DNA of 64,000 nucleotides from Alkalispirochaeta sp. (GCA_965242725.1 CBDESZ010000025.1:380774-444773), one strand, 5' to 3'; numbered from the stretch's first letter, positions 49,344-59,633 are shown. Notes: generated by a model from the letters alone, not told the origin. A program made the numbers and translations.

Positions 49344-50369
49344 ATGAATACGAAACTGGCCGCAGTACTATCGCTGTCGGCGGGAATGGCGACCGTGACC
49401 GGGTGTACGACCGCGACAACGACTTCCGCGCCGATGCGCGAAGAAACCAGCGGTTTCTACAAAGATAGCGGTGCCCGTGAGATAGCCCATGAAAGTTACG
49501 ACGCCGCGATGATGCTGTGGGAGACTGAATATGAAGAGGGGTGGATCCCGACGACCTACGGCCTCACCCACATTATTACCGCCGGCTCTCCCGATGCGCC
49601 GCCGGTCGTGCTATTACCCGGTCTCTTTGGAGACGCGACGATGTGGTACGCGAACGCAGGGGCTATGGCGGAACGATATCGTGTCATTGCGGTGGATCTT
49701 CCCGTCTACGGCGGAAAAAGCGAGCCCTCGGAAGTACCGATCACCGGTGTCGATGATTACTCACGGTGGTTTGCCGAACTTCTTGACAACGCGGGTTATG
49801 AGAGAGCGGCGGTAATGGGACTCTCCTACGGCAGCTGGCTCTCTCTTGCGCTTGCCCGGGAAGTGCCGGACCGGATTTCTGCGGTCGTCATGCTCGATCC
49901 CTCGGAGACTTTTGCGAAAATGCGCGCCTCCATGATGTGGAAGGGTATTCGTTACTTCGTATTGTTCCCGAACAGAACCAAGTACGGCAGATTCTTTGAG
50001 TGGATGGGCGGCGGCTACTCTGACTACCGTACCGATATCTGGATGGAACACATGCTGGATGTGATCGAGTATGGCTCGGTGGCGATGATGGATGTTCCCC
50101 AGCACCGTGTCTATACGCCGGAAGAACTCACGATGGTGACGATGCCCGTCCTCGTACTTGCCGGCGGCAAACCCATCATCTACAGGGACCCGGAAGCCTT
50201 TGCCGCGGCAGCGGCCGCCGCGCTTCCGCACGCCGAGATCGGGATCGTTCCCGATACCGGTCACAGTCTGCATGTGGAAAAGGCGGACGACATGAACGAA
50301 CGGATTATCCGTTTTCTCGACGGAACGCTGCGCCCGACGAAGAACGGCGCAACCCGTCCCGCCGGATGA
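49344..50369 (+). CDS. Alpha/beta hydrolase lipoprotein (carboxylesterase-like)
   Basis: Lipobox VTGC; nucleophile GLSYG; TGH. Confidence 0.88.
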   Translation: MNTKLAAVLSLSAGMATVTGCTTATTTSAPMREETSGFYKDSGAREIAHESYDAAMMLWETEYEEGWIPTTYGLTHIITAGSPDAPPVVLLPGLFGDATMWYANAGAMAERYRVIAVDLPVYGGKSEPSEVPITGVDDYSRWFAELLDNAGYERAAVMGLSYGSWLSLALAREVPDRISAVVMLDPSETFAKMRASMMWKGIRYFVLFPNRTKYGRFFEWMGGGYSDYRTDIWMEHMLDVIEYGSVAMMDVPQHRVYTPEELTMVTMPVLVLAGGKPIIYRDPEAFAAAAAAALPHAEIGIVPDTGHSLHVEKADDMNERIIRFLDGTLRPTKNGATRPAG

Positions 50370-51686
50370 TTACCTCAAGGTAACTCCCGCCGGCAGAACC
50401 TCCCGTACCGAAACGGCGCGGCCCGCCGCCATACTGAGATTGCCGGAAATACCGACGGCGATGGAGTTGATCCCGCCGCGATGGTCCGCTGCGCGGTGCA
50501 GCGGGTCCGGCTCCGTGGCGGGGGCAAAAACGTCCGCCAGAAGTCGGCGGTCGCCGCCGCCGTGGCCGACTTCATTGGCACCGGGAACGGGAACATCGTA
50601 GGGATTCCCGAAGAGGGGGAGAACACGAATTGAGACCTGCTCCAGCGGAGCTTCCTCTTCCTCCATCCCGTCCTCACGACCACGATCGTCGGCGCTGCCG
50701 GAGACCGCGGTTTTCTCCACGACCTGGTACTCGATGCGTCCCTCGTCGCCGTTAAAGGCGATACGGAAACCTTCCCAGGGAGAGTAGGCGGTAAGGTGAT
50801 AGGTGAGGCGGCATCCACCGCGATACGTCACCACGACGGAGATGTCGTCCTCAATCGAAATGTAATTTCCGAAGACGTTTTCATCCCGCCGGTAACCGTC
50901 ATGCTTTTCCGCGTCGAGATAGAGGTTTTTCAGTTCCGGGTCCTCCGCGAGATTGAGGGCAAAGGGATCGTCCGCCGGTGCCTCGGTGCCGCGGCCGGAG
51001 AAGGTGGCCATACCCCGTCGTTCCGCGTTTTCACGGCCGTAGAACTTCAGCTCTCCCGAGGCGTAGACCGTCTCGGGCACGTCGTCGAGCCACCAGTTGA
51101 CGAGGTCAAAGTGGTGGGTTGCCTTGTGTACGAGAAGGCCGCCGGAATTACGCTTGTCCCGGTGCCAGCGGCGGAAGTAGTCCGCGCCATGGCGTGTATC
51201 CAGAAGCCATTCAAAGTGAACTGAGTGAATCTTCCCGATCGCGTTCCTGACGTGCACAAGGTCCCGTATGGCGCTGTTTCGGGGGGCGTAGCGGTAGTTG
51301 AAGGTGACCCTGAGGGAACGGCCCGTTCTCCGGCGCGCTTCCTCAATGTGCTCAAGACGGCGGGCGTCGATGGTCAGAGGTTTTTCAACGACCACATCAC
51401 ATCCGGCGTTCATCGCGCGGACGATGTACTCGTCGTGAGTGCGGTCGATGGTAGTGACGATCACCACGTCCACCGCCTGACGGGCGATCATCTCCTCAAA
51501 GTCGGCGGGCGGGCCGGACGCGGGGGCGGTGCCGGCGGCTCGTGCCCTGTTGAGCGCCAGGCCCAGGCGGTGAGGGTTACTGTCACAAAGTGCGACGAGG
51601 CGTGTGGTCTTCCGATAGGTTTCCACAATTGCGTCAAGGTACATACGGTAACGGCTTCCAAGTCCGACTATCATGTAATTCTTCAT
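50370..51686 (-). CDS. Gfo/Idh/MocA oxidoreductase (YteT-like)
   Basis: VGLGSR, EKP, TFNYRY, HGADYFRRWHR, HKATHHFD, GHGGGD. Confidence 0.92.
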   Translation of the reverse strand: MKNYMIVGLGSRYRMYLDAIVETYRKTTRLVALCDSNPHRLGLALNRARAAGTAPASGPPADFEEMIARQAVDVVIVTTIDRTHDEYIVRAMNAGCDVVVEKPLTIDARRLEHIEEARRRTGRSLRVTFNYRYAPRNSAIRDLVHVRNAIGKIHSVHFEWLLDTRHGADYFRRWHRDKRNSGGLLVHKATHHFDLVNWWLDDVPETVYASGELKFYGRENAERRGMATFSGRGTEAPADDPFALNLAEDPELKNLYLDAEKHDGYRRDENVFGNYISIEDDISVVVTYRGGCRLTYHLTAYSPWEGFRIAFNGDEGRIEYQVVEKTAVSGSADDRGREDGMEEEEAPLEQVSIRVLPLFGNPYDVPVPGANEVGHGGGDRRLLADVFAPATEPDPLHRAADHRGGINSIAVGISGNLSMAAGRAVSVREVLPAGVTLR

Positions 51687-51719
51687 GGCATGAAGTATAA
51701 AAAAACGGGTACAGTGATA

Positions 51720-51756
51720 TTGTGCAGAATCGGTCAATCCTTGTGCAGAAGCGGTC
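51720..51756. promoter_or_regulatory. AraC-type tandem direct-repeat operator
   Basis: TTGTGCAGAATCGGTC (51720) and TTGTGCAGAAGCGGTC (51741); 21-bp period. Confidence 0.75.
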
Positions 51757-51759
51757 GCG

Positions 51760-52692
51760 ATGAGCGGTGAACTCCGATACGCCGCGGGAGGCGTCCGCAA
51801 CTACCACGACTACCCCGTACCTATCCACGCGCGCCTGGTGTGGGAGATTCAGTACGTCTCCGGACCGGCCCGTCCGTCCTTTCTCCTCGGCGGGGCCGAG
51901 GAAGGGATGGAGTACCGTGTTCCGGCGGAAAACGACCCGTCCGGTGAGGGGCTTGCGGACGGGCCGCCTGAAGGCGCGGCGTTATGGGTATTCGATCCCC
52001 TCACGCCCCACGGTTGGAGTTCCTCCGGGAGGTCGGTGAGCGAGGTCGCCGTCTTTCACATGGACGGTGTCGACGAGACGGTGTCACGTATCCTCTCGGG
52101 GAGGCAGTGGATCGTTCTCCGATGGCAGCATGACCCATTTCTTGATCGTGCCGCCCGGTGGCTTCGCGCCGAGGCGACGGAACTCGCCCTTCCTTCACTG
52201 CACGGGGGGCATGACGGAGGTCCGGAAGAGCTGCGGGCGGCAACGGTCGGGCGCCTCGTCGCCGCGATGGTCGCTTACTGCAGCGGTAACCGTCCCGGCC
52301 CCGACGACCGCGTCCCTCCGCGGGACGAAATTCAACTCTACCGGCTGAAACGCGCCGAGGCGTGGTTTGAGGCGCATATGCACGACGGTGTCGACGCCGC
52401 CGGGACCGCCCGGGCGGTGGGTACGAGTGTTCGTCACCTTACGCGTCTCGCCCGGGAACATCGGGATCTCTCATTCGGCAGGCTCCTTCACCGACGTCGC
52501 ATGGGCCGGGCTGTCTGGATGCTCCGCAGGGGAGACCAGTCGGTGCTTGAAATCGCATCCGCATGCGGTTACCGCAATCAGAGCGCCTTTGCACGGGCGG
52601 TTCACCGCCACTTTGGGAAAACGCCCCTGGAGCTCCGTGACGAGGTGCGTCTCCACGCCGGCGATTCCCCGTCGGCGACGCCGCGCCGATAG
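51760..52692 (+). CDS. AraC-family transcriptional regulator
   Basis: SVRHLTRL, SVLEIASACGYRNQSAFARAV..HFGKTP. Confidence 0.9.
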   Translation: MSGELRYAAGGVRNYHDYPVPIHARLVWEIQYVSGPARPSFLLGGAEEGMEYRVPAENDPSGEGLADGPPEGAALWVFDPLTPHGWSSSGRSVSEVAVFHMDGVDETVSRILSGRQWIVLRWQHDPFLDRAARWLRAEATELALPSLHGGHDGGPEELRAATVGRLVAAMVAYCSGNRPGPDDRVPPRDEIQLYRLKRAEAWFEAHMHDGVDAAGTARAVGTSVRHLTRLAREHRDLSFGRLLHRRRMGRAVWMLRRGDQSVLEIASACGYRNQSAFARAVHRHFGKTPLELRDEVRLHAGDSPSATPRR

Positions 52693-52721
52693 ATAATTTG
52701 TATTGACGGAAGGAGAAAGGA

Positions 52722-53102
52722 ATGTCGACATATAGTGCCTTTGGAATCTATGCCGCTTTGAATTTGGTTGTGATCGTATTTCAATTATGTCTCGCCCTTG
52801 GCGTGCCCTGGGGAAGTGCCTCCATGGGCGGCAGGTACCCGGGGGCCTATCCAAAAAACAAGAGAATAATTCCGATTGTAAGTATTGGAATCCTGTTGCT
52901 GTTGACCTTCCTGGTCGCCGCGGATGCCGGTCTGCTGCTCTCCCGATTCAACGGCGTATGGGGCATCCTTATCTGGCTTGTGGCAGGCTACTACGGTCTC
53001 GCAACGCTTTTGAACACGATCACCCAGAGTAAAATAGAACGAATCTGGGCCCCCGTCGCAGGTGTCCAACTTGTGTGTGTGCTCCTGATTGCCCTGGCGT
53101 GA
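52722..53102 (+). CDS. Hypothetical 4-TM membrane protein
   Basis: FQLCLALGVPWG..SMGG.YPG, ERIWAPV; RBS AAGGA; looks lower GC than its flanks. Confidence 0.8.
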   Translation: MSTYSAFGIYAALNLVVIVFQLCLALGVPWGSASMGGRYPGAYPKNKRIIPIVSIGILLLLTFLVAADAGLLLSRFNGVWGILIWLVAGYYGLATLLNTITQSKIERIWAPVAGVQLVCVLLIALA

Positions 53103-53192
53103 AGGGTACCCGTTGCCTCCGGCGGGTATTTCCCGTCTCGATGTCTATAGCGACCGCACTGTAGTATACTTTCCGCCAGGAGGAGACGAGAT

Positions 53193-54602
53193 ATGGCCGA
53201 AAACCAGACCGTGCAATTCAAAGCGCAGGAAATACTGTTCAGGGAAGGTGATTCCAGTCGCGATCTCTATGTCATACGTTCGGGAACGGTGGAGGTCTCC
53301 AAGGCGATGGGGGACAAAAACATCCCTATCGCCATGCTTGGAAAGGGGAGTTTTGTCGGAGAAATGTCGTTCATATCCGGGCTCCCCCGGTCTGCAACGG
53401 TCAGTGCCGTGGAAGATGTGGAAGCGAGTATCATCTCCCCCGACGTGCTGCAGGCGGATGTCTTCGGCATCAATGACTGGGCGGTAAACATCGCCCGGGT
53501 CATCATAGACCGGATCAGGAAAACCACAAATCTCATCGGTGAATACCGTACAGGTGATTCCCAGTCGGACAATAAAATGCCCCAGGAGCTGATCAACGAG
53601 TTCGGCATGCGTGACGAGACGTTCAATCAGGGTGTCGTCATCTACCTCAAAGGGTACTTCACGCAACAACATCTCGACGAACTGAAAAAGGTACTCAGGA
53701 CCTATTCGGCACGGGGATATCAGCGGGTCATCCTCGACTTTTCGGACGTGCCCGATGTGGACAAGGGGGTGTTGGATTTTCTTACCCAGGTTGCCCGTGA
53801 CCACCGGGCGTACACGATAGAAGTATCGATCAAGAATGTGCAGCTCATACGCAACAGGATACTTGCGGTCAACGGGATTGAACACATTATGGCCAAAAGC
53901 CGCCTCCCCCTGAAACGAATTGCCCAGCACGACTATTTGATCCGCCAGAACGAAGTTGAAACGGTCATGTACGTCGTTAAGTCCGGTCGATTTTCGATTA
54001 CCCGGGAGGTAGAGGGAGAGGAAATACTCCTCGGCTACGCTGAGGCGGGGGACGTTATCGGTGAAATGAATCTCATCAACGAGGGTACGAGGTCGGCAAA
54101 TGTCCGGGCGGAACAGGCGTGTGTCGTATACGAAGTTTCGATACACGATTTTAAACGCAACCTCTACCATATACCCAACTGGTTCATGGAAATAATGCGG
54201 GTCCTTGTCATTCGCCTGCGTCAGACCAACGACATGCTGGAGCAGGAAGTAAGGAAACAGAGCGACGAGCCGGCACCGGTACAGACGGATTCCCGGATAT
54301 GCATTCAAATGGATTCAGGAAAACCGGGTAAGATCGTCATCAGGGGAAATTTTGTACAGGGGAATCTTGAATACCTCTCGACCATGGTAAATCTTCTTAT
54401 CAAGCGGGGCGTGCTGCACATGTCGGTGGACCTGGAAGAGATCGAAGAAATCGACTACACCGCCATTCGCTACCTCCTGAAACTCTACGTCTATCTGCAG
54501 AAACGGGGCGGTCTGCTCCAGATCGGCGGAGCCCAGAGCAAGATTGTCTACCTCTTCAGGCAGTATGATATTGAGCTTCCCCGACAGGTGACAAAGAGAT
54601 AG
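53193..54602 (+). CDS. Tandem (cNMP-binding plus STAS-like) x2 protein, no HTH
   Basis: GEMSF..GLPRSATV and GEMNL..EGTRSANV; STAS-like VILDFSDVPDVD and VDLEEIEEID. Confidence 0.8.
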   Translation: MAENQTVQFKAQEILFREGDSSRDLYVIRSGTVEVSKAMGDKNIPIAMLGKGSFVGEMSFISGLPRSATVSAVEDVEASIISPDVLQADVFGINDWAVNIARVIIDRIRKTTNLIGEYRTGDSQSDNKMPQELINEFGMRDETFNQGVVIYLKGYFTQQHLDELKKVLRTYSARGYQRVILDFSDVPDVDKGVLDFLTQVARDHRAYTIEVSIKNVQLIRNRILAVNGIEHIMAKSRLPLKRIAQHDYLIRQNEVETVMYVVKSGRFSITREVEGEEILLGYAEAGDVIGEMNLINEGTRSANVRAEQACVVYEVSIHDFKRNLYHIPNWFMEIMRVLVIRLRQTNDMLEQEVRKQSDEPAPVQTDSRICIQMDSGKPGKIVIRGNFVQGNLEYLSTMVNLLIKRGVLHMSVDLEEIEEIDYTAIRYLLKLYVYLQKRGGLLQIGGAQSKIVYLFRQYDIELPRQVTKR

Positions 54603-54616
54603 ACGCCACACCGTTC

Positions 54617-54659
54617 TGAACAAATAGACGACAGATCGTCAAATATCGTAATCTGTTCA
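54617..54659. promoter_or_regulatory. Imperfect inverted repeat upstream of the TonB-dependent receptor
   Basis: TGAACAAATAGACGA...TCGTAATCTGTTCA, with nested GACGA-CAGA-TCGTC. Confidence 0.4.
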
Positions 54660-54663
54660 CGTC

Positions 54664-57354
54664 ATGACAGAATGCCGTCGCGGCAATACCTCCTTCCTTC
54701 TTATGGCAGCACCGGTATTGCTGTGGGCGTGCCTCGCCGTGGTCATGGCACCGTATACTTCCGCCCAGGAATCACCGGCCCGGGATGCACCAACCCGGGA
54801 AGCGCCTGCCCGCATGTTACGCGCCGGGGAGCAGATCCTGCTTCTCGTCTATGACCGGGATCTCGAGATTCCACTGGAGGGCGTTGTCGTCGAGGAGGCG
54901 ACAACCGGTGCCACCGCCGTTACCAATGTGGACGGTCGGGCAACACTCCGCCTGCCGGTCACCACGCCCCGGGCGGTATTGACCTTCCACCTGCCGGGAT
55001 ACGAGCCGGTTCGCACGATGGTCACCGGGTTCGATGCGGAAACCGAAGTACCGATGGTGATACTGGGCATCCTGGAAGCGGAGGAGCTGGTCATTGTCGC
55101 CGACCGTATCGGACGCACCGATGACCGGGCGGGCGTTTCCGTCGTCATAGAGCGGGATTTCATCAAGTCCAGTGCGATGATCGGTGTCATGGAAGATGTC
55201 ATGTCGTCGGTTAAACTGCTTCCGGGTGTGAGCTACAGCGGCGGATTCGGCACGTTTCTGTCGGTCCGCGGAGGTGAACCCGACGGCCTGACCCATGTGA
55301 TGGACGGTCTCGTGGTGAAGTATCCCTACCACTGGGGCGGTGGCGTCTCGGTCTTCAATCCCCACGTCATAGATTCGGTGAAGCTCTCGGCGGGAATCTT
55401 CCCCGTACGTTACGGTCAGGCGACGAGCGGGCTCATGGAAGTAACATCGATTGACCCGGTCAACGGCTATCGTTGGGAATTTGCCCAGTCCACGAGCACT
55501 CTGGAAGGGTACGCCCAGATCCCCTTTGGAGATACTGTCGGCCTCTTTGCCGGGTCGCGGCTCACCAACTACGATCTCGTCTTTGCAATGACAGGGCAGT
55601 TTCTGGAAGAGCAGGGGGTCACCTTTTCCCGGGTACCCTACATTTACGCCGGGTATCTCCGGTGGGTGGGCAAACCCTCGCCGCAACTGGAGTGGTTCGT
55701 CAATACAATGGTCGGGACCGACGGTATCGGTGTCGCCGCGCTCAACCCCGAGGTAGACACCGACCAGGAGATACTCAACTCCTTTGATTTCCGGTGGCGA
55801 AACTACGACATCCTTTCGGGGGCAGGCGCGAGCCGTCTGATAGGAGACCGCCTCCGGCTGGAAGGGAGGGCGGGGTACGAGTACGTCAGTAACGCCGTCG
55901 ATGCACGATTCACCGAGCGGGGAACACGAACCTACTCCGATACCTTCGTCAATGAAATTCAGACGAATCCCGACTTTGTCGCATACCGTCCCTACGTTTC
56001 AGCGGGCGATGACTTTTCAATCGATCAGCCGAATTCGTTTTACAACGAAACGACCCTTCACCACAGTCAGTTTCGACTAGACGCCGATTATCTCCTCGCC
56101 GACGACGATACGCTGCAGGCAGGTTTCGGCGGATTTGTTTCATTTAACCGCTACACCCTGGATCTGTCGTTCTGGGAAACCTACACCGATGTGGATACCG
56201 GAGAAGCGGAAAGCCGGATCCGTACGGTCGACCAGGCGGCGCCTTCCAACCTGGGTCTCATCACCTTCGGCTATATCAACTACGGATTGAATTTCCGACC
56301 GGGACTGCTCTCTGCCGATATCGGTTTGCGTGTGGACCACGGAATCCTCTTTGGAGACGGGTTTCACGTCGGCACGGAGGTGGCCCTCGGACCGCGTATC
56401 CTCGGACGGTGGACGCCCGAGGTATCTCGACCCTTCACGGAAATGACCGCTACCGTCGGGACGGGAATTTTCACCAAAGTCCCTTCCGATGCGGCGCTCC
56501 TCAACGATGATCTTGAGATAGAAAACGGTACCCTTACCGCGCCCAAGAGTCTGATGGCCCTTCTCGGCTGGGAAGGACGGTTTGACGGGGGATTCCGGGT
56601 GAAGATAGAGGGGTACTACAAGTACCTGTACGACCGGTTCTATATCAACTTCCGGGACGAGGCAGGACCGGGCGGATCCGTTGAAACGATTCCCCAGGTG
56701 TATACCGACGGGGTCGGACATGCGGCGGGATTTGATGTGATCATGGATCGCAGAACGAGCAGGCGCGTGGATGGCATGATCGCCTATTCGTTCATTCACG
56801 GGCGGTACATCAATCCCCGGGGTGACGCCGAAGACGGCGGCGCCCAGGATCCCCGGGACCGATGGTACTACCCGTCCTTCCACCGCTACCATACCTTCAA
56901 CGCCCTCGTAAATGTAAAACCCCGGGACTGGCTCACCATCACGACGACGGTCACCTTTGCCACCGGCGCGCCGGAGCCGGCCTACGGGTCCAAAGAGGTG
57001 GTTCCCGTCTTCTTTGCCGACGCCCGGGACAATTATGATGCCGGAGGGGGCGCCCAACCGGGTCTCAATGTCGCGGAAACCTATTCGCGCCGGGAGTACT
57101 ACTCGGACGACAATCGACAGGGGTGGGTCCTGCCGGTGGATCTCCGGATCTCCTTTCATTCATACGGGAGGAACAGAAAAGTCTACCGGGAGTTTTATCT
57201 GGGTGCGGAGGATGTACTGTCGCCGATCATGAGCCGTATATCGCCGACAAGTGATGCGGTACGGACCGATAAATATACCGGCGAAGATACGAGCGCCGCC
57301 GAGCAGGACGTCAGTTTTCCGATTATCAGTATCGGACTGAGGTTGAGTTACTGA
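54664..57354 (+). CDS. TonB-dependent outer-membrane receptor
   Basis: Signal peptide, carboxypeptidase-regulatory-like N-domain, plug VKLLPGV..SVRGG..GIFPVRYG, beta-signal IGLRLSY; operon with exbBD-tonB. Confidence 0.88.
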   Translation: MTECRRGNTSFLLMAAPVLLWACLAVVMAPYTSAQESPARDAPTREAPARMLRAGEQILLLVYDRDLEIPLEGVVVEEATTGATAVTNVDGRATLRLPVTTPRAVLTFHLPGYEPVRTMVTGFDAETEVPMVILGILEAEELVIVADRIGRTDDRAGVSVVIERDFIKSSAMIGVMEDVMSSVKLLPGVSYSGGFGTFLSVRGGEPDGLTHVMDGLVVKYPYHWGGGVSVFNPHVIDSVKLSAGIFPVRYGQATSGLMEVTSIDPVNGYRWEFAQSTSTLEGYAQIPFGDTVGLFAGSRLTNYDLVFAMTGQFLEEQGVTFSRVPYIYAGYLRWVGKPSPQLEWFVNTMVGTDGIGVAALNPEVDTDQEILNSFDFRWRNYDILSGAGASRLIGDRLRLEGRAGYEYVSNAVDARFTERGTRTYSDTFVNEIQTNPDFVAYRPYVSAGDDFSIDQPNSFYNETTLHHSQFRLDADYLLADDDTLQAGFGGFVSFNRYTLDLSFWETYTDVDTGEAESRIRTVDQAAPSNLGLITFGYINYGLNFRPGLLSADIGLRVDHGILFGDGFHVGTEVALGPRILGRWTPEVSRPFTEMTATVGTGIFTKVPSDAALLNDDLEIENGTLTAPKSLMALLGWEGRFDGGFRVKIEGYYKYLYDRFYINFRDEAGPGGSVETIPQVYTDGVGHAAGFDVIMDRRTSRRVDGMIAYSFIHGRYINPRGDAEDGGAQDPRDRWYYPSFHRYHTFNALVNVKPRDWLTITTTVTFATGAPEPAYGSKEVVPVFFADARDNYDAGGGAQPGLNVAETYSRREYYSDDNRQGWVLPVDLRISFHSYGRNRKVYREFYLGAEDVLSPIMSRISPTSDAVRTDKYTGEDTSAAEQDVSFPIISIGLRLSY

Positions 57355-57355
57355 T

Positions 57356-58162
57356 ATGGCTTTTATTCGCGGATACACGCAGAGAATCGCGGGCGTCGCA
57401 GTTGTAATGACCATGGCGGTGCTCTCGTCGTGTCATACGGCGGATTACTCCTACCGGTCGACCGAAACGTATACCGCAACAGGGAAGGAGCGGCACGCCG
57501 AGCCGGTTTTCCAGGTCGAAATTACGGGAAACCGTTTCGATCTTTCGTCGTCCCGGGCGCCGGGACTTACCGTACAGGGGTTGACCGCTCCGGCTTCGTC
57601 GGGGCGTATACAGCTCGTCGTCACCGACGCCCGGGTCTTTGCAAACTGGTCCAACGGTTGGACCGAGGGGCGGTACGAGGCATCAGGCCTGTTGTATCTC
57701 GCACCCCGGAGCCCTTTTGAACGAGTGGACGACGAGGCCGCGTCGTCGCGGCGGGAGCCACGCCGGGAGCGGGTGCTCCCGGAGGCGCACCGACGGCGGT
57801 ACCGCATCAGTGTGGAAGAGCCGATCGAGCTGTGGACCCTTCAACGGGGCGAAGTGCGATACTACGATACCTACCTCAGACAGGACGACGGCATTCTGGC
57901 GGTGAGCGGCAGAGTTGATCGCATCATGGCGCTGACGGAGTGGCTGCGGGAGATCGACGGGCGTCCCTTCTTTGAAAGGGAGCTTTTTGCATTTGTCGAA
58001 ACGCCGCCTTCCGATGCAGAACCGACGTGGCTTGCGGCGTTGCGGGATTCGGACTCGATCGCCCGGGACCGCCGGGAGGCTCCCGGGATGTTCCCTCTAT
58101 TCTACAATCTCAGCCATCTCAATGAGGACTATTTCGAAACCCTTTTGCTTGAGGAGGAGTGA
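57356..58162 (+). CDS. Hypothetical lipoprotein
   Basis: Lipobox LSSC; embedded in TonB operon. Confidence 0.75.
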   Translation: MAFIRGYTQRIAGVAVVMTMAVLSSCHTADYSYRSTETYTATGKERHAEPVFQVEITGNRFDLSSSRAPGLTVQGLTAPASSGRIQLVVTDARVFANWSNGWTEGRYEASGLLYLAPRSPFERVDDEAASSRREPRRERVLPEAHRRRYRISVEEPIELWTLQRGEVRYYDTYLRQDDGILAVSGRVDRIMALTEWLREIDGRPFFERELFAFVETPPSDAEPTWLAALRDSDSIARDRREAPGMFPLFYNLSHLNEDYFETLLLEEE

Positions 58163-58164
58163 CA

Positions 58165-58789
58165 ATGGAACTCACGCTGTTTGAACTGTTTAATCTGGGC
58201 GGATGGGCGATGTGGCCGCTCGTCGTCTTTTCGGTTGCCACTCTCGCGCTGTTTGTAGAACGTGCAGTAGTCCTCATGCGGGCCGATCTCAATACCGAGC
58301 GACTCAGGGGACGCCCTCCTGCCGTCGGTACGACAGGGCGATCTCGCCGGGGCTATTGCCGCGTGTGATGCATCGGGCAGACGCCTTGTGGTGGCCCCCG
58401 TATTTCGTGCCGCCCTTGAGGCGGGCAATCTGGGTGAGGGGCTGATAGAGCGCTCCTTTGAGTCCGCCGCCGCCAAAGAAATCAACAGACTCGAGCGGGG
58501 ACTGGATCTCCTCGTCGCGTTGGGGTCGATCTCGCCCATTACGGGGTTTCTGGGGACCGTATCCGGAATGATAGCCGCCTTCAACGCCATAGCCACCGCC
58601 GCCGACGTCAACGCGCAGCTCGTCGCCGGCGGGATATTCGAGGCCCTTATTACCACCGCCTTCGGCCTCGCCATCGCGCTTGTCGCGATTGCGGGGTACA
58701 ACCTCTTTGCCCACTTTGTAGATCGATTCGCCGCAGAAATGGAGCAGGCGGGAAATGACCTGATCACCACGATGGTCGCTGGAAAATGA
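58165..58789 (+). CDS. exbB: MotA/TolQ/ExbB proton channel, split by an apparent +1 G at 58307-58310
   Basis: GGWAMWPL..ER and SPITGFLGTVSGMI..ALITTAFGL; removing one G gives continuous RLRDALLPSVRQGDLAGAIAAC. Confidence 0.88.
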
Positions 58790-59223
58790 TCCGCCTGACC
58801 ACCCGCCGCCGTCAACGCGTTGATATCGCCGACTCCGGCGCCCTCTCGGACCTCGCCTTCCTCCTGATCATCTTTTTTATCGTCATCGCCGTCTTTAACA
58901 TCAACAGCGGATTTCTTCTCGGTCTTCCCGCTCCCGACTCGGTCACCACCGTTCACACCGACGATTTGATGCGGGTCGTCGTGGATGACGACGACACCCT
59001 GCGTGTGAACGGAGCGGTCGTCGACCGGTCGGCACTGGATAGGGCGATTCGCGACCGCCGGCGGAGCCAGCCGAACATGACGCTGGTGGTGACGCTGGAC
59101 CCCGCCTCTTCATATCAGTCGCTGGTGACCCTGGTTGAGCTCGCCCGTATGAATGACGTCGACAACTTCTCCTTCCGCATGGGTGGAACCGGTGGCGAAT
59201 CCGGAGCGGGGACCGCCCGATGA
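58786..59223 (+). CDS. exbD: ExbD/TolR biopolymer transport protein
   Basis: LSDLAFLLIIFFIV. Confidence 0.9.
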   Translation: MIRLTTRRRQRVDIADSGALSDLAFLLIIFFIVIAVFNINSGFLLGLPAPDSVTTVHTDDLMRVVVDDDDTLRVNGAVVDRSALDRAIRDRRRSQPNMTLVVTLDPASSYQSLVTLVELARMNDVDNFSFRMGGTGGESGAGTAR

Positions 59224-59633
59224 AGATCAAAACCTTTCATCGTCGCCCGTCGGTACCGGTGAACGCGATGTCGGACATCGCCTTTCTCCTCCTGGTGTTT
59301 ATTATGCTCATCAGCCTTCTCAACTATCGCCACGAGGAGCCGATCTCCTATCCCGAGGCGGAGCACCCGGAGATCACCCAGGCGGACAAGAATCTGGAAA
59401 TCTGGATTCGCCGGGATGGAACGATCGTCTATGACGGAACTGCAGTATCCCCGCGAATTGTGGAAGGAGTTATCGCCGATGCGGTCGCCGAGAATCCCTC
59501 CGTTCGTATTCATCTTCTCGCCGACCGGGATACCGAATATCGCAACGTAGCCGTGGTGGTCGAAGTATTGCAACGGCTTCAGCACCGCGTTGTGTCGCTG
59601 GTTGTCTCACCGGCAGAGGAGGGCACGCAATGA
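59220..59633 (+). CDS. exbD: ExbD/TolR biopolymer transport protein (second copy)
   Basis: MSDIAFLLLVFIML, ADRDTEY. Confidence 0.9.
   Translation: MKIKTFHRRPSVPVNAMSDIAFLLLVFIMLISLLNYRHEEPISYPEAEHPEITQADKNLEIWIRRDGTIVYDGTAVSPRIVEGVIADAVAENPSVRIHLLADRDTEYRNVAVVVEVLQRLQHRVVSLVVSPAEEGTQ

Noticed and set aside
54768..54812. Three imperfect 15-bp repeats near the TBDR N-terminus
   Set aside because: Encodes a low-complexity linker (SPARDAPTREAPAR) after the signal peptide; not an array
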